Source of the DNA: Candidatus Poribacteria bacterium | GTDB taxonomy: Bacteria > Poribacteria > WGA-4E > WGA-3G | Assembly: GCA_965198235.1 (NCBI GenBank) | Contig: OZ240248.1 | Coordinates: forward strand, 1,024,001-1,088,000 | DNA: 64,000 nucleotides | Direction: 5' to 3' | Shown: in pieces, positions 1-9,246 of the stretch | Numbering within the stretch: position 1 is the stretch's first letter | Layout of the letters: each line of letters starts with the position of its first letter | Position numbers and translations under genes: made by a program | The notes under the pieces: generated by a model | Databases searched by the model: none | Told to the model about the DNA's origin: nothing | Seen by the model: only the letters and a program-made list of their open reading frames with translations

Positions 1-1923
1 TCGTTTGCCATTTGGAGAGAATGCCAACGTGAAGATAGGATCTTTATATGAGGTTCTCACCGTCATACCTCCATCTTTCACCTCATGTGTTGCACCGTCC
101 GGATCCTGCTCTAAGAGAGAAGTGAGTTCGATCCCCATCTCCGCATCCCACATCTGAATCTGTCCTTCCATCGTTGCGCTGACAAGTCTTGTTCCATCTG
201 GCGAGAACGCTAAGGCACTGATTTGTGGCATAGGGCGGAACCTCCTACCTGGTGGATTGCGAGGGAGGTTGGGACTATCGTTCTGATGTGAGCGTTGGAT
301 ATCAAGATGACTATCTGTTTCTATATTCCATAAACGAATTTTATCGTGATTGCTAAAAGCTACCGTTTTTCCATCGGGTGAGAAAGTCAGATTTGAAGGA
401 TTCATGCGATCCGTGAGCGTCATTATCTCGTTTCCCGTGCTCGCTTCTGTCAAACGAATTAACGGATCTGGTCGCCAAGAAGCAGTAACTCTAAAGATTA
501 CGTTACCTTCTGCTCCAACGCCGGCAAGCTTTGTGCCGTCAGGCGAGAAGGCTAAAGTTGTGAACCAATCTCGGAGTCCCGCAACCTGACTATTGGATCT
601 TTTTGATGTCTTCAGATCCCAGAATGTAATTATGCCGTTAAACGCCACACTGGCAAGCATAGAACCACCGTTAGAGAAAGCGACTGCTTTCATGCTCTCA
701 GTGTGTCCAGTGATAGGCGTAGATAGCAGATCTCCATTTTCTGTGCTCCAAAATCGGACCTCGCCGTCTGCGCTCCCACTTGCGAGTATGGTGCCATCGG
801 GCGAAAACGCCAAAGTAGTAATGCCGTTGAGATGCCCCGTAAGCGTGGCAATCGGATCCCCCATAGCGGTGTTCCATAACTGCACTGTCTTATCGGTACT
901 TCCGCTGGCAAGTATTTCCCCGTCAGGAGAGAATGCTAACACGTTTGTCCAGCCTGTATGTTTTTGGAGAGTAGTCCATTCGTCTTCGTTTGTGGTATCC
1001 CAGAGTCGGACTGTTTTATCCTGACTTCCGCTGGCAAGATGTGTGCCATCGGGTGAAAATGCCAACGCTAAGACTTGATTTTTACGCCTGTGTGGTGGTG
1101 GAAATGCAGGTCTATCCGGGGCGGAATCTAACGGCTGAAGGGATAAATCTATATGTCCTCTGAGCGTCGATAACATTTTACCTGCTGATGTTTCATACAA
1201 CTGAATCTTCCCATCTCTATTTCCGACCGCAAATTTATCATGCGTGAGCGCGTAGACTTCAAGACCGCGGCTCCCAGCAACTTGTCGTTCTTGGAGATGT
1301 TTTATATTTCCTTGCCCGGTCTCAATATCCAACTGACTGATTGTGTCTCCCCAATTATTCAAACTGACAAGTGTTTTGCTGTCTGCTGAAAACCAAAGTG
1401 TTGAGGCAGGAGAGAGTCCATCAACGAGTGGTACCTTGCGACCAGTGGCTGTCTCCCACACCTGGGCTTTGGTTCCTCTATACCTTCCACCACCGTTGGC
1501 AAGGTAACGTCCATCGGGTGAGAATGCGAGAGATTGACACATTCCTGCGAACAGCGACAATTCTTTACCTGTCTCCACATCATAGATCCACACCCCGATA
1601 TTACTGCCTACTGCGAGTTGCGTTCCATCCGGCGAGAATTGAAGTGCATTGATTCCGCCCTTTCCCAGACGCGCTATCGCCTCTTTTGGTAGTTCCCATT
1701 TTGCATAATCTTCGACGGTTGCATCTGTTTGTGCCTCTACAAGATGGTTTCCAATACTTAGCATTAGCAAGATCGCTGCTATTGTGAAGGTAGCAATTGC
1801 CCATGGCATGATTGGTTGGTTTCCATTAGCAGATGCAATGGGTTTGATACGCGCGATCTCTCGCATGACGTTCTTCGCGAGATTCGATGTGATTTTGAAG
1901 TTATCTAAAGCCTCTCTTATCAT
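1..1923 (-). CDS. WD40-repeat protein with N-terminal TM/signal segment; runs off the left edge of the window
   Basis: Not in the ORF track because there is no stop in the window. Manual translation: MIREALDNFKITSNLAKNVMREIARIKP...PWAIATFTIAAILLMLSIG...WELPKEAIARLGKGGINALQFSPDGTQLAVGS, then many FSPDG/WD repeats. AGGAGG lies 5 nt before ATG 1923. Confidence 0.85.
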   Translation of the reverse strand, partial: MIREALDNFKITSNLAKNVMREIARIKPIASANGNQPIMPWAIATFTIAAILLMLSIGNHLVEAQTDATVEDYAKWELPKEAIARLGKGGINALQFSPDGTQLAVGSNIGVWIYDVETGKELSLFAGMCQSLAFSPDGRYLANGGGRYRGTKAQVWETATGRKVPLVDGLSPASTLWFSADSKTLVSLNNWGDTISQLDIETGQGNIKHLQERQVAGSRGLEVYALTHDKFAVGNRDGKIQLYETSAGKMLSTLRGHIDLSLQPLDSAPDRPAFPPPHRRKNQVLALAFSPDGTHLASGSQDKTVRLWDTTNEDEWTTLQKHTGWTNVLAFSPDGEILASGSTDKTVQLWNTAMGDPIATLTGHLNGITTLAFSPDGTILASGSADGEVRFWSTENGDLLSTPITGHTESMKAVAFSNGGSMLASVAFNGIITFWDLKTSKRSNSQVAGLRDWFTTLAFSPDGTKLAGVGAEGNVIFRVTASWRPDPLIRLTEASTGNEIMTLTDRMNPSNLTFSPDGKTVAFSNHDKIRLWNIETDSHLDIQRSHQNDSPNLPRNPPGRRFRPMPQISALAFSPDGTRLVSATMEGQIQMWDAEMGIELTSLLEQDPDGATHEVKDGGMTVRTSYKDPIFTLAFSPNGKR

Positions 1924-2054
1924 CGGTTCCTCCTTCTTTAAACGCTGTTGTGCTCGGCGAAGTCGATTTTTGATTGTATTTGCTAGTAAAACGTTCTTGT
2001 CGGAGGTGGCGCTTATAGGAAATAGTTCATCATCCGACTGGACTTCTATTTCTT

Positions 2055-3293
2055 TTAGTCTTTTCGCAGAAGTGTAGGAGACGTGAGGTCCCATAAACGG
2101 ATTGTGCTATCTTCACTGCCACTTGCAAGTGTTATCCCATCTGGACTGAAGGCAACGCTCTTGACGGGTGCTGTGTGCCCTGTAAGGATCGCACGTTGTT
2201 CACCTGTTGCAGCATTCCAGAGACGGATTGTCTTGTCCGCGCTCCCACTTGCGAGTGTTAATCCATCCGGACTGAAAGCGACACTCCAAACTACAGACGT
2301 ATGTCCAATAAGAATTTTCAGTTGCTGTCCTGTGGTAATATCCCAGAGGCGAACAGTTTTGTCCCAACTTCCGCTTGCGAGCGTTACACCATCCGGACTG
2401 AAAGCGACGCTGAAGACCCAATTCGTATGCCCCGTGAGAGTCTTCTGTTTCTCACCGGTGGTAATATCCCACAAGCAGATGGTGTTGCCGCTATTCCCAC
2501 TTGCTAATGTTTTTCTGTCACTACTGAAAGCAACACTAAAGATATTCTCCGTATCCTCTGTAAGTGTCCTTAGTTTCCTACCCGACTCTACGTCCCGCAG
2601 GTAGAGATTGCCGTCTTCACTTCCACTTGCGATTATCTTGCTATCAACACTGAAAGCGACAGTATTGACCCAATGCAAAGGGTTAGCCGCATCTTCTCTT
2701 ATTGATCTAAGTTTCTTACCGGTGGCAGCATCCCAAAGGCAGATGGTCCCTCGCTCGTGAATCCCGCCGGCGATCATCCGACCATCGGGACTGAACGCGA
2801 TGCTGTTAATATCCGCCGTGAAATGCCCAGCAATATCTACCCAGAATAGTTTCTTCGTTTCTATTTCCTGTCCTGTGGTAGCATCCCAAAGTTGGATGGT
2901 GTTATCCCTGTCACTTGCGAGTGTTGAACCGTCGGGACTGCACGCGACACTGTAGACTCCCCTCCTGTTAGGAACTTCAATGGTGATGTGGGACAAATCT
3001 TGAGCGGAAGTTGTTTTCACAGTAGACTTCTCCTGTTGGGGTGAATTTTCAGGTTTCTCGGATTTCAGAACTCTTTTCGAGTTATCGGGTGTGTTGGGGG
3101 TTCCGAGTTGCGTCCGCACATCCGGCTTTGACGCAAGGTTCAACATAATAGGGGCACCAATGAGTTCAATCGTCATTTCCGAAGTCGCATCGAAACTGTA
3201 AGGCTTCTGAACACGGGTTAGGTATTGCTGGTTACCGATGCCTAACATCAAAAACGCTATAGTCACCGTAGAAACGACGATTATCCACGGCAC
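2055..3293 (-). CDS. WD40-repeat protein, probably 5'-truncated
   Basis: About 7 repeats of GHT..V.SVAFSPDG.TLASGS.D.T.RLWD. The N-terminus resembles the TM linker found after ECF sigma domains. Confidence 0.85.
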   Translation of the reverse strand: MPWIIVVSTVTIAFLMLGIGNQQYLTRVQKPYSFDATSEMTIELIGAPIMLNLASKPDVRTQLGTPNTPDNSKRVLKSEKPENSPQQEKSTVKTTSAQDLSHITIEVPNRRGVYSVACSPDGSTLASDRDNTIQLWDATTGQEIETKKLFWVDIAGHFTADINSIAFSPDGRMIAGGIHERGTICLWDAATGKKLRSIREDAANPLHWVNTVAFSVDSKIIASGSEDGNLYLRDVESGRKLRTLTEDTENIFSVAFSSDRKTLASGNSGNTICLWDITTGEKQKTLTGHTNWVFSVAFSPDGVTLASGSWDKTVRLWDITTGQQLKILIGHTSVVWSVAFSPDGLTLASGSADKTIRLWNAATGEQRAILTGHTAPVKSVAFSPDGITLASGSEDSTIRLWDLTSPTLLRKD

Positions 3294-3328
3294 TGATGGC
3301 TGATCGCTGACAGCTGAAGGCTATTAGA

Positions 3329-4534
3329 TCATGGACACACGAACTTCCCCAGAACTTTCCGAATGGATGCCCCTGTTGCGGAAGGCAGATTCCCACCCTG
3401 TCCGTGAAGGGACTCATTTGCGAGAATAGCAAATGCTATCGCCTCTTTGGCATCCGCCGAGATACCAGAGTTATCCACAGGTTCAACGGTTGTACGTGCT
3501 AACACTTCGCTGAGTCGTCGCATGACAGTCTGGTTGTGTACCCCACCACCGCTCACATAGAGTGTGTCTATCGGGCTCAGTTCTGACACAAATTGTGAGA
3601 TGTAAAGGGCAACCGTCTGGACTGTCAATTCGGTCAGAGTTGCAATAGAGTCATTATCCGAGAGACTGTGTTCTCGGCATGCCGCCAAACATTCCATTGC
3701 AAAGGTGTGTCCGAATATCTCGCGCCCAGTCGTCTTCGGTGGTGTCAGTTGAAAAAAAGGGTGCTTTAACCATTCGTCAATGAGAGGTTGGTACGGAGTA
3801 CCCTGCGTGGCACGCTGCCCCGCTTTGTCATACCGCTCTCTTCCATCTGTTATCTCGCTCATGACTGCATCAATACACATATTTCCCGGTCCTGTGTCTG
3901 CTGCGGAAACCGAATCGAACGATCCGTTTGCGGGGAGCACTGTAAGGTTCGCGATCCCTCCGATGTTCAGAAGTCCCACTGTTTTAACACTGTCCTGGAA
4001 CAGCAAATAGTCTGGATATGCTACCAACGGTGCCCCTTGCCCGCCTGCTGCCATATCTGCTACCCGAAAGTCAGCGATAGTGGGGATACCGGTTTCGTGT
4101 GCGATGACCGCAGGTTCGCCAATTTGAAGTGTTGACGGCTTTTTAATTGTGTTTGCGTTACAATCGGTGCTTGGGTCTCTGGGTAAGTGGTGAATCGTTT
4201 GACCGTGTGAACCGATGAGGTCAATGTCGCTGGTAGACATTCCACTTTTTTGTAGAATATGTTTAACAGCGTCCGCGAAGAGATGTCCGATATAAAAATT
4301 CATTTCACAAATGTCGTCAACGCGGCTCGTATCGGGTTGGCAGAGAGCGAGGATGCGTTGTGGCACATCGGGTGGAAAGGGAAAGGTCTCAAAGGCGATC
4401 AGGTCTACTGTCGTTTCCAAACTGTGTCCCGTAATTTCAACGACGGCTGCATCAATACCATCGACAGAGGTGCCAGACATCAAACCGATAACATACTTCT
4501 TCTTTTTTTTGAGGATCTCAAAAAATTCTATCAT
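3329..4534 (-). CDS. anmK: Anhydro-N-acetylmuramic acid kinase
   Basis: IGLMSGTSVDGID, GSHGQT, DFRVADMAAGGQGAPL, NIGGIAN, DTGPGN, KEAIAFA motifs. Confidence 0.95.
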   Translation of the reverse strand: MIEFFEILKKKKKYVIGLMSGTSVDGIDAAVVEITGHSLETTVDLIAFETFPFPPDVPQRILALCQPDTSRVDDICEMNFYIGHLFADAVKHILQKSGMSTSDIDLIGSHGQTIHHLPRDPSTDCNANTIKKPSTLQIGEPAVIAHETGIPTIADFRVADMAAGGQGAPLVAYPDYLLFQDSVKTVGLLNIGGIANLTVLPANGSFDSVSAADTGPGNMCIDAVMSEITDGRERYDKAGQRATQGTPYQPLIDEWLKHPFFQLTPPKTTGREIFGHTFAMECLAACREHSLSDNDSIATLTELTVQTVALYISQFVSELSPIDTLYVSGGGVHNQTVMRRLSEVLARTTVEPVDNSGISADAKEAIAFAILANESLHGQGGNLPSATGASIRKVLGKFVCP

Positions 4535-4581
4535 CTTTAGTATCTTTCAATTGTCCATTTTTACGACTGAATATCGATATT

Positions 4582-5832
4582 CTAATCGTAGGCGTGATAC
4601 TGTGTTGTATTTTCACACCATATCTGAAGTTCATCAGTCCACCGTGCCTGAATCTTGTCCAATGACTCTCTATCCGACAGCGCGTCTCGGAGCCAGTTGT
4701 TTCCTGCTAACCGATCAAAGTGCGCGGGTCGGAACTCAAAATGGTCGCTGTATTCGGTGGTTAAAGTGGATAACATGTGGATAACCGTTTCTACCGGAAG
4801 GAACCGTTCTCTATCGGTAATGTGAATTGCAACACCACCACATGTCTGTTTCGCGTGCTTTGTGTTTTCAGCGGCTGGAGCAGGCGTAAAAACGACTGGA
4901 CGGAACAGAACACCGGGTAGACACAATGCGTTTAGTGTCTCAGCCCACTTTTCACCATTGCACCAAGGCGCGCCGATGTATTCAAAAGGCTTCGTCGTTC
5001 CTCTGCCCTCACTCATATTTGTTCCTTCGAACAAACATAAGCCCGGATAGAGGACTGCCGTTGTGAGCGTCGGCATATTGGGCGATGGTGGCACCCACTG
5101 CAAGCCGGTGTCATCGTACCACATTCTACGTTCGTATCCGTGCATCCATGCAACCTTTAGACGGCACGATGGCACACGTTCCGCCTTCAACAGTGTTGCC
5201 AATTCACCGATTGTCAATCCGTAACGGATGGGCACCGTATGTATACCGACGAACGATTCGCACCCACGCGCTAATATCGGTCCCTCCACGACATTGCACG
5301 TAATCGGATTCGGACGGTCTGCGACGACGAACTCGATGCCATGGTCGCTGGCTGCTTCCATTGCATGCAGCAACGTCGAAATATAGGTATAGTAACGCGC
5401 ACCGACATCCTGCATATCGTAGACGAGCAGATCAATACCTTCAAGTTGATTCACAGTTGGACGGATTGATTGTCCGTATAGACTATAGACTGGGACACCT
5501 GCGAGGTGGGGCTGCGATAGGTTTTCATCCGATTGACTATCAACGCGACTCCAAACACTTCTCGGAAGGCACGCGTTGATAGTCAAATCAAGGTTGTTGA
5601 CAACGATACCATCTTGAACCGCTCCCCAGAATCCATGCTCTGGAGAAAAGATTGCAGAAAGTCGACACTCTGACATCTCCGCGAAAAGTCGGTAATTACT
5701 CCGTAAGGTGGCATCAACTCCCGTGTGGTTTGTAATCAGACCAATTGACTTCCCTCGAATCCAGTCGCTTTTCTCTGTGAGGAGAACATTCAACCCTAAT
5801 TCAATTTTTTGCTGTTGTGCTGTGGAAAACAT
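4582..5832 (-). CDS. namZ: Exo-beta-N-acetylmuramidase (DUF1343 family)
   Basis: GLITNHTG, FSPEHG, YSLYG, DMQDVGARYYTY, DRPNP, WVPPSPNMP, SEGRGTTKPFE motifs. Confidence 0.92.
   Translation of the reverse strand: MFSTAQQQKIELGLNVLLTEKSDWIRGKSIGLITNHTGVDATLRSNYRLFAEMSECRLSAIFSPEHGFWGAVQDGIVVNNLDLTINACLPRSVWSRVDSQSDENLSQPHLAGVPVYSLYGQSIRPTVNQLEGIDLLVYDMQDVGARYYTYISTLLHAMEAASDHGIEFVVADRPNPITCNVVEGPILARGCESFVGIHTVPIRYGLTIGELATLLKAERVPSCRLKVAWMHGYERRMWYDDTGLQWVPPSPNMPTLTTAVLYPGLCLFEGTNMSEGRGTTKPFEYIGAPWCNGEKWAETLNALCLPGVLFRPVVFTPAPAAENTKHAKQTCGGVAIHITDRERFLPVETVIHMLSTLTTEYSDHFEFRPAHFDRLAGNNWLRDALSDRESLDKIQARWTDELQIWCENTTQYHAYD
5533..5586. repeat. 54-bp palindromic element inside namZ; relatives at 51014-51067 and 56265-56317
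   Basis: Perfect 15-bp inverted repeat TTGACTATCAACGCG / CGCGTTGATAGTCAA with a 24-nt loop. Confidence 0.8.
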
Positions 5833-5834
5833 TT

Positions 5835-6040
5835 TTTAAATTTTTTAACTATGGGCTCTTGAGCTGTGCTCCATTACATTCCGCACAGGTTTTCGGTTAA
5901 CTCGAGAGCCTGCTTTAGGTGCGGAGAGGTTCCTGACTTTACCAGAAATCATCGTGGAATGAAATTAGGTTTCCTTAAATGGCATAATTTGTCTTTGCTT
6001 TACATTTGGAACGATGCCCAAGAGCAAATAGTTAAAAATT
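5835..6040. repeat. Intergenic MITE/REP-like element (family A) with a nested 41-bp insert
   Basis: 5941-6038 is nearly identical to 38593-38690. Related termini (CATCGTGGAAC..TGGAACGATGCCC) occur at 7286-7343 (reverse), 9190-9225 and 48970-49117. Confidence 0.75.
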
Positions 6041-6041
6041 C

Positions 6042-7091
6042 TCACTGCGAATTAATCTCTGTAGAGAACAAAACATTGTGAAAGATTTTTCGGAATTCGA
6101 TAATGCCACGCCGATCGGCATCGGGATGCACCCGATTTGTCAATAGGATTGCTGCAAGTTTCCTTTTTAAACAGATTCGTATTGAAGTGCCAGTGAACCC
6201 TGTGTGGTAGAGACAGCCGTCGTCTGTCACAGCCCAACCGATGCCCCGGCGTTCTCCTTCCGCTGAAGCGACTTGTTGCATCGTACAGAGACTCTCCGGA
6301 CGTAACAGCTCCCCACCATTGTCCATTAGCGTTTTGCAGAACTTACCGAGATCCGTTGCTGTAGAGAAAAGTCCGGCATTGCCGGAAACGCCGCCGAGGA
6401 AATGCGCGTTCTCATCGTGGACCTGCCCGATGATTACACCTTCTCGCCAATCGTAGCGTTCGTAGTTCACCATTCGGCGTTCAAAACTGTTGGAATCCTC
6501 GGTGGCTGCACAGTGCTCATGCCATGCTTGTGGCGGGTTGAACCGCGTCCATTCCATACCGAGAGGCATGAAAATCCGATCTTGTGCCAATTTTCCCAAC
6601 GGTTGTCCCGTTACTCTTTCGAGGAGTGCTCCTAACACGATATACCCTAAACAACTATACACTGCTTTCTTCCCCGGTTGAGATTCCAGTGGCACCCCTC
6701 CGAGATAGGAGATTACATCTTCACGTGATGGTGCACGCAGATAGACAGGTAACCATGCGGGGAGTCCGGAGGTATGTGTCAGCAGGTGTTTAAGCGTCAC
6801 CCCTGTCTGTCTGAACTCCGGTAGGTATTTCTCTGCTGGGGTGTCCAAAGAGAGTTTGCCTCTCTCAATGAACTGCATGCATAACGTTCCTATGACAATC
6901 GGTTTCGTCAGTGATGCTAAATCGAATAACGTCGTGCGAAGCATAGGTAGCTTTTTCGGTTTCACACATCGATAACCAAATGCTTCATGGTAAAGCACCT
7001 TTTTATCAGTAAGGATATAGGCGACGGCACCGGGAAACACCTTTTCGGGGATGCTGTTCTCAATAAGGGTTGAAATTGTATTTTTTAACAA
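6042..7091 (-). CDS. Serine hydrolase, beta-lactamase class C/AmiE-like
   Basis: FDLASLTK (SxxK), LLTHTSGL, YSCLGY, HTGFTGT; clustered with namZ and anmK. Confidence 0.88.
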   Translation of the reverse strand: MLKNTISTLIENSIPEKVFPGAVAYILTDKKVLYHEAFGYRCVKPKKLPMLRTTLFDLASLTKPIVIGTLCMQFIERGKLSLDTPAEKYLPEFRQTGVTLKHLLTHTSGLPAWLPVYLRAPSREDVISYLGGVPLESQPGKKAVYSCLGYIVLGALLERVTGQPLGKLAQDRIFMPLGMEWTRFNPPQAWHEHCAATEDSNSFERRMVNYERYDWREGVIIGQVHDENAHFLGGVSGNAGLFSTATDLGKFCKTLMDNGGELLRPESLCTMQQVASAEGERRGIGWAVTDDGCLYHTGFTGTSIRICLKRKLAAILLTNRVHPDADRRGIIEFRKIFHNVLFSTEINSQ

Positions 7092-7370
7092 TTAGGTTTC
7101 CTAACAGGTTGACCTTAAGTCCAATCCGGTTTTCCGTTAAGGTCAAGGATTTGGTCTTGGCGGATAAATCTGATAAGCGATTAAAATCAGGGGAACGTAT
7201 GTGCCTCTTTTGAGTTGACTATAGACTAACTATATGATACACTATCTATCGTGTTTTTGTAAGCATTTTTTGACCTGCAGGTAGGTTTTTAAACGATTGG
7301 CAACCTGGGCATCGTTCCACTTCGTTTCACGATGGTTCTTGATCTGTCCCGCAATTCGGAGAGTTGAGTC

Positions 7371-7736
7371 ATGCCTTTATGTCCGAAAGAACTTCAAGAA
7401 ATAATGACAACTGAAAAACCTTGGGGTCGTTTCATACAATACGTCCTCAATCAACCTGTTACCGTCAAAATTTTAGAGATTCGGGCAGGCGAGCAGGTGA
7501 GTTATCAGTATCACCACCACCGAAGTGAGTTGTGGATTCCACTTGATGAGGGTGCCTGTATAAATCTTGATGGCACGATTCAACGTCCCGCACCCATGGA
7601 ACCTGTATTTATTCCACAAGGTGCTAAACATCAGCTCATCGGGGAATCTAAAGACTATCGAATACTCGAAATTGCGTTTGGTCATTTTGACGAAGAAGAT
7701 ATCGTTCGTCTTTCTGACAAGTATGGCAGGATTTAG
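7371..7736 (+). CDS. Cupin, phosphomannose isomerase type II C-terminal-like
   Basis: KPWG..., SYQYHHHRSELW, EEDIVRLSDKYGR. Confidence 0.85.
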   Translation: MPLCPKELQEIMTTEKPWGRFIQYVLNQPVTVKILEIRAGEQVSYQYHHHRSELWIPLDEGACINLDGTIQRPAPMEPVFIPQGAKHQLIGESKDYRILEIAFGHFDEEDIVRLSDKYGRI

Positions 7737-9183
7737 TGAAGAGGAAATCTTGTTGGACAGTAAGTTACGTTTTTTAATTGACGATGGGGCAGCGGGTTCG
7801 TTCCCACAGGCAGTGCAACAGAAAATTGATACCGCTTTGCCAAGGATTCACCTTCTATTTCAGGATGAAACAGAAGCACCGCTTGCCAAGTTGGAGAGTG
7901 GGCTTCGTGCGTGGACCCGCAGCCATCTCCAGACCGAGGATATTGCCCAAGTCGCGGCGTTAGCCACACGCGCACGTGAAGCGTTTTCGGTGTTGGTCAC
8001 CATTGGTGTAGGTGGTTCCGATCTGAGTGCCCGCGTCTTTCACGATTTCTTCAACCATCCCTATCATAACTTGCTGTCGGTTGAAGAACGCGGCGGTGCT
8101 CCCGAAGTCTATTTCACAGGCGATACCTTCGATCCACGCAAGCTTACCGGCTTACTTGAAATGCTCAAAGCGAGGAACCTCCTTGATAAGACGCTTTTCA
8201 ACGTTATTAGTAAATCCGGAACAACAACCGAAACTATGGCGACGTTGATGATTATCCGTGATGCGCTTGATGATGTAAACTGGCGGCAACAGGTCCTCGC
8301 CACTACCGGCTTAACCCCCGACAGTGTGCTCTTCCGAATGCATGAGCAATCACCTTTCTACGGGAATACACTGCTTCCTGTTCCTGATGGGGTTGGTGGA
8401 CGATTTTCAGCTTTCTCTCCAGTCGGGTTGTTCTTTCTTGCTATGACAGCAGGAAAGGACGAAACGCCCGATACCCGAATTCGTGCCGCTGTCGAGGGTG
8501 TGAATCAGGCTCACGAAGGCTTTAATCTCGCTTATAATCATCAGGATAACATTGCCTATCGATTGGCGCGATGGATTCATCTCTCTGAAGAAGTTAACGG
8601 AACCAAACACCCAAGTAGAAACACTATTGTTTTTTATAACTACGCTGACAGTAGTTGCCTCGGTGAATGGTTCGTCCAACTTTATACAGAATCTATTCAG
8701 GAGCGCGGCGGTGGTGCTAATGTCATAAATGCGAAGGGACCCACGAGCAATCATTCTATTCTCAACGGTATTATCGCCGGTCCCAGAGATAAAGTCGTTT
8801 TATTTATTCATTGGGAGGGACTTGGTCCCGATTTAGTACTGCCGAAAAAGACTGGAATGGATAGCAAATTAACCGAGTTTGAAGGTTTATCCATGACGCA
8901 CATGCAGACTGCTTCGTATCGTGGGACTGCTTTAGATTTTAGTGAGAACGGTGTCCCCAATGCAACGCTAACCCTTCCGAAGCGGGATATTCAGTCTGTT
9001 TGCCAGTTGATGCGTCTCTTAATGGACACTATTGCCGTAAAAGGCAGGCTCCAGGGGTTACATCTTGACAATAATGGCGGGAGTGAGTTAACATACCTGC
9101 AAGATGGTGTTGAAGGCTATAAACGGAATTTTAAACGGTTGGCCTCTGCTCCTTGCTCCACTACGTTTCGCAAGGGCACTTGA
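7723..9183 (+). CDS. pgi: Glucose-6-phosphate isomerase (start likely ATG 7723)
   Basis: GVGGSDL, ISKSGTTTET, VGGRFS, Q.GVEGYK motifs; overlaps the stop of the upstream cupin. Confidence 0.85.
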   Translation: MAGFSEEEILLDSKLRFLIDDGAAGSFPQAVQQKIDTALPRIHLLFQDETEAPLAKLESGLRAWTRSHLQTEDIAQVAALATRAREAFSVLVTIGVGGSDLSARVFHDFFNHPYHNLLSVEERGGAPEVYFTGDTFDPRKLTGLLEMLKARNLLDKTLFNVISKSGTTTETMATLMIIRDALDDVNWRQQVLATTGLTPDSVLFRMHEQSPFYGNTLLPVPDGVGGRFSAFSPVGLFFLAMTAGKDETPDTRIRAAVEGVNQAHEGFNLAYNHQDNIAYRLARWIHLSEEVNGTKHPSRNTIVFYNYADSSCLGEWFVQLYTESIQERGGGANVINAKGPTSNHSILNGIIAGPRDKVVLFIHWEGLGPDLVLPKKTGMDSKLTEFEGLSMTHMQTASYRGTALDFSENGVPNATLTLPKRDIQSVCQLMRLLMDTIAVKGRLQGLHLDNNGGSELTYLQDGVEGYKRNFKRLASAPCSTTFRKGT

Positions 9184-9246
9184 CGCGCATCAGAAACCCT
9201 CGTGAAACGAAGTGGAACGAGGCGCGAAGGTTGAACATTAGAAATT

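Noticed and set aside
350-2604. Plus-strand ORFs over the WD40 genes, and similar antisense ORFs across the window
   Set aside because: Shadow frames of well-supported genes on the opposite strand.
7109-7146. 10-bp inverted repeat TTGACCTTAA/TTAAGGTCAA as an operator
   Set aside because: A real IR, but no second copy or cognate regulator in the window to support a function.
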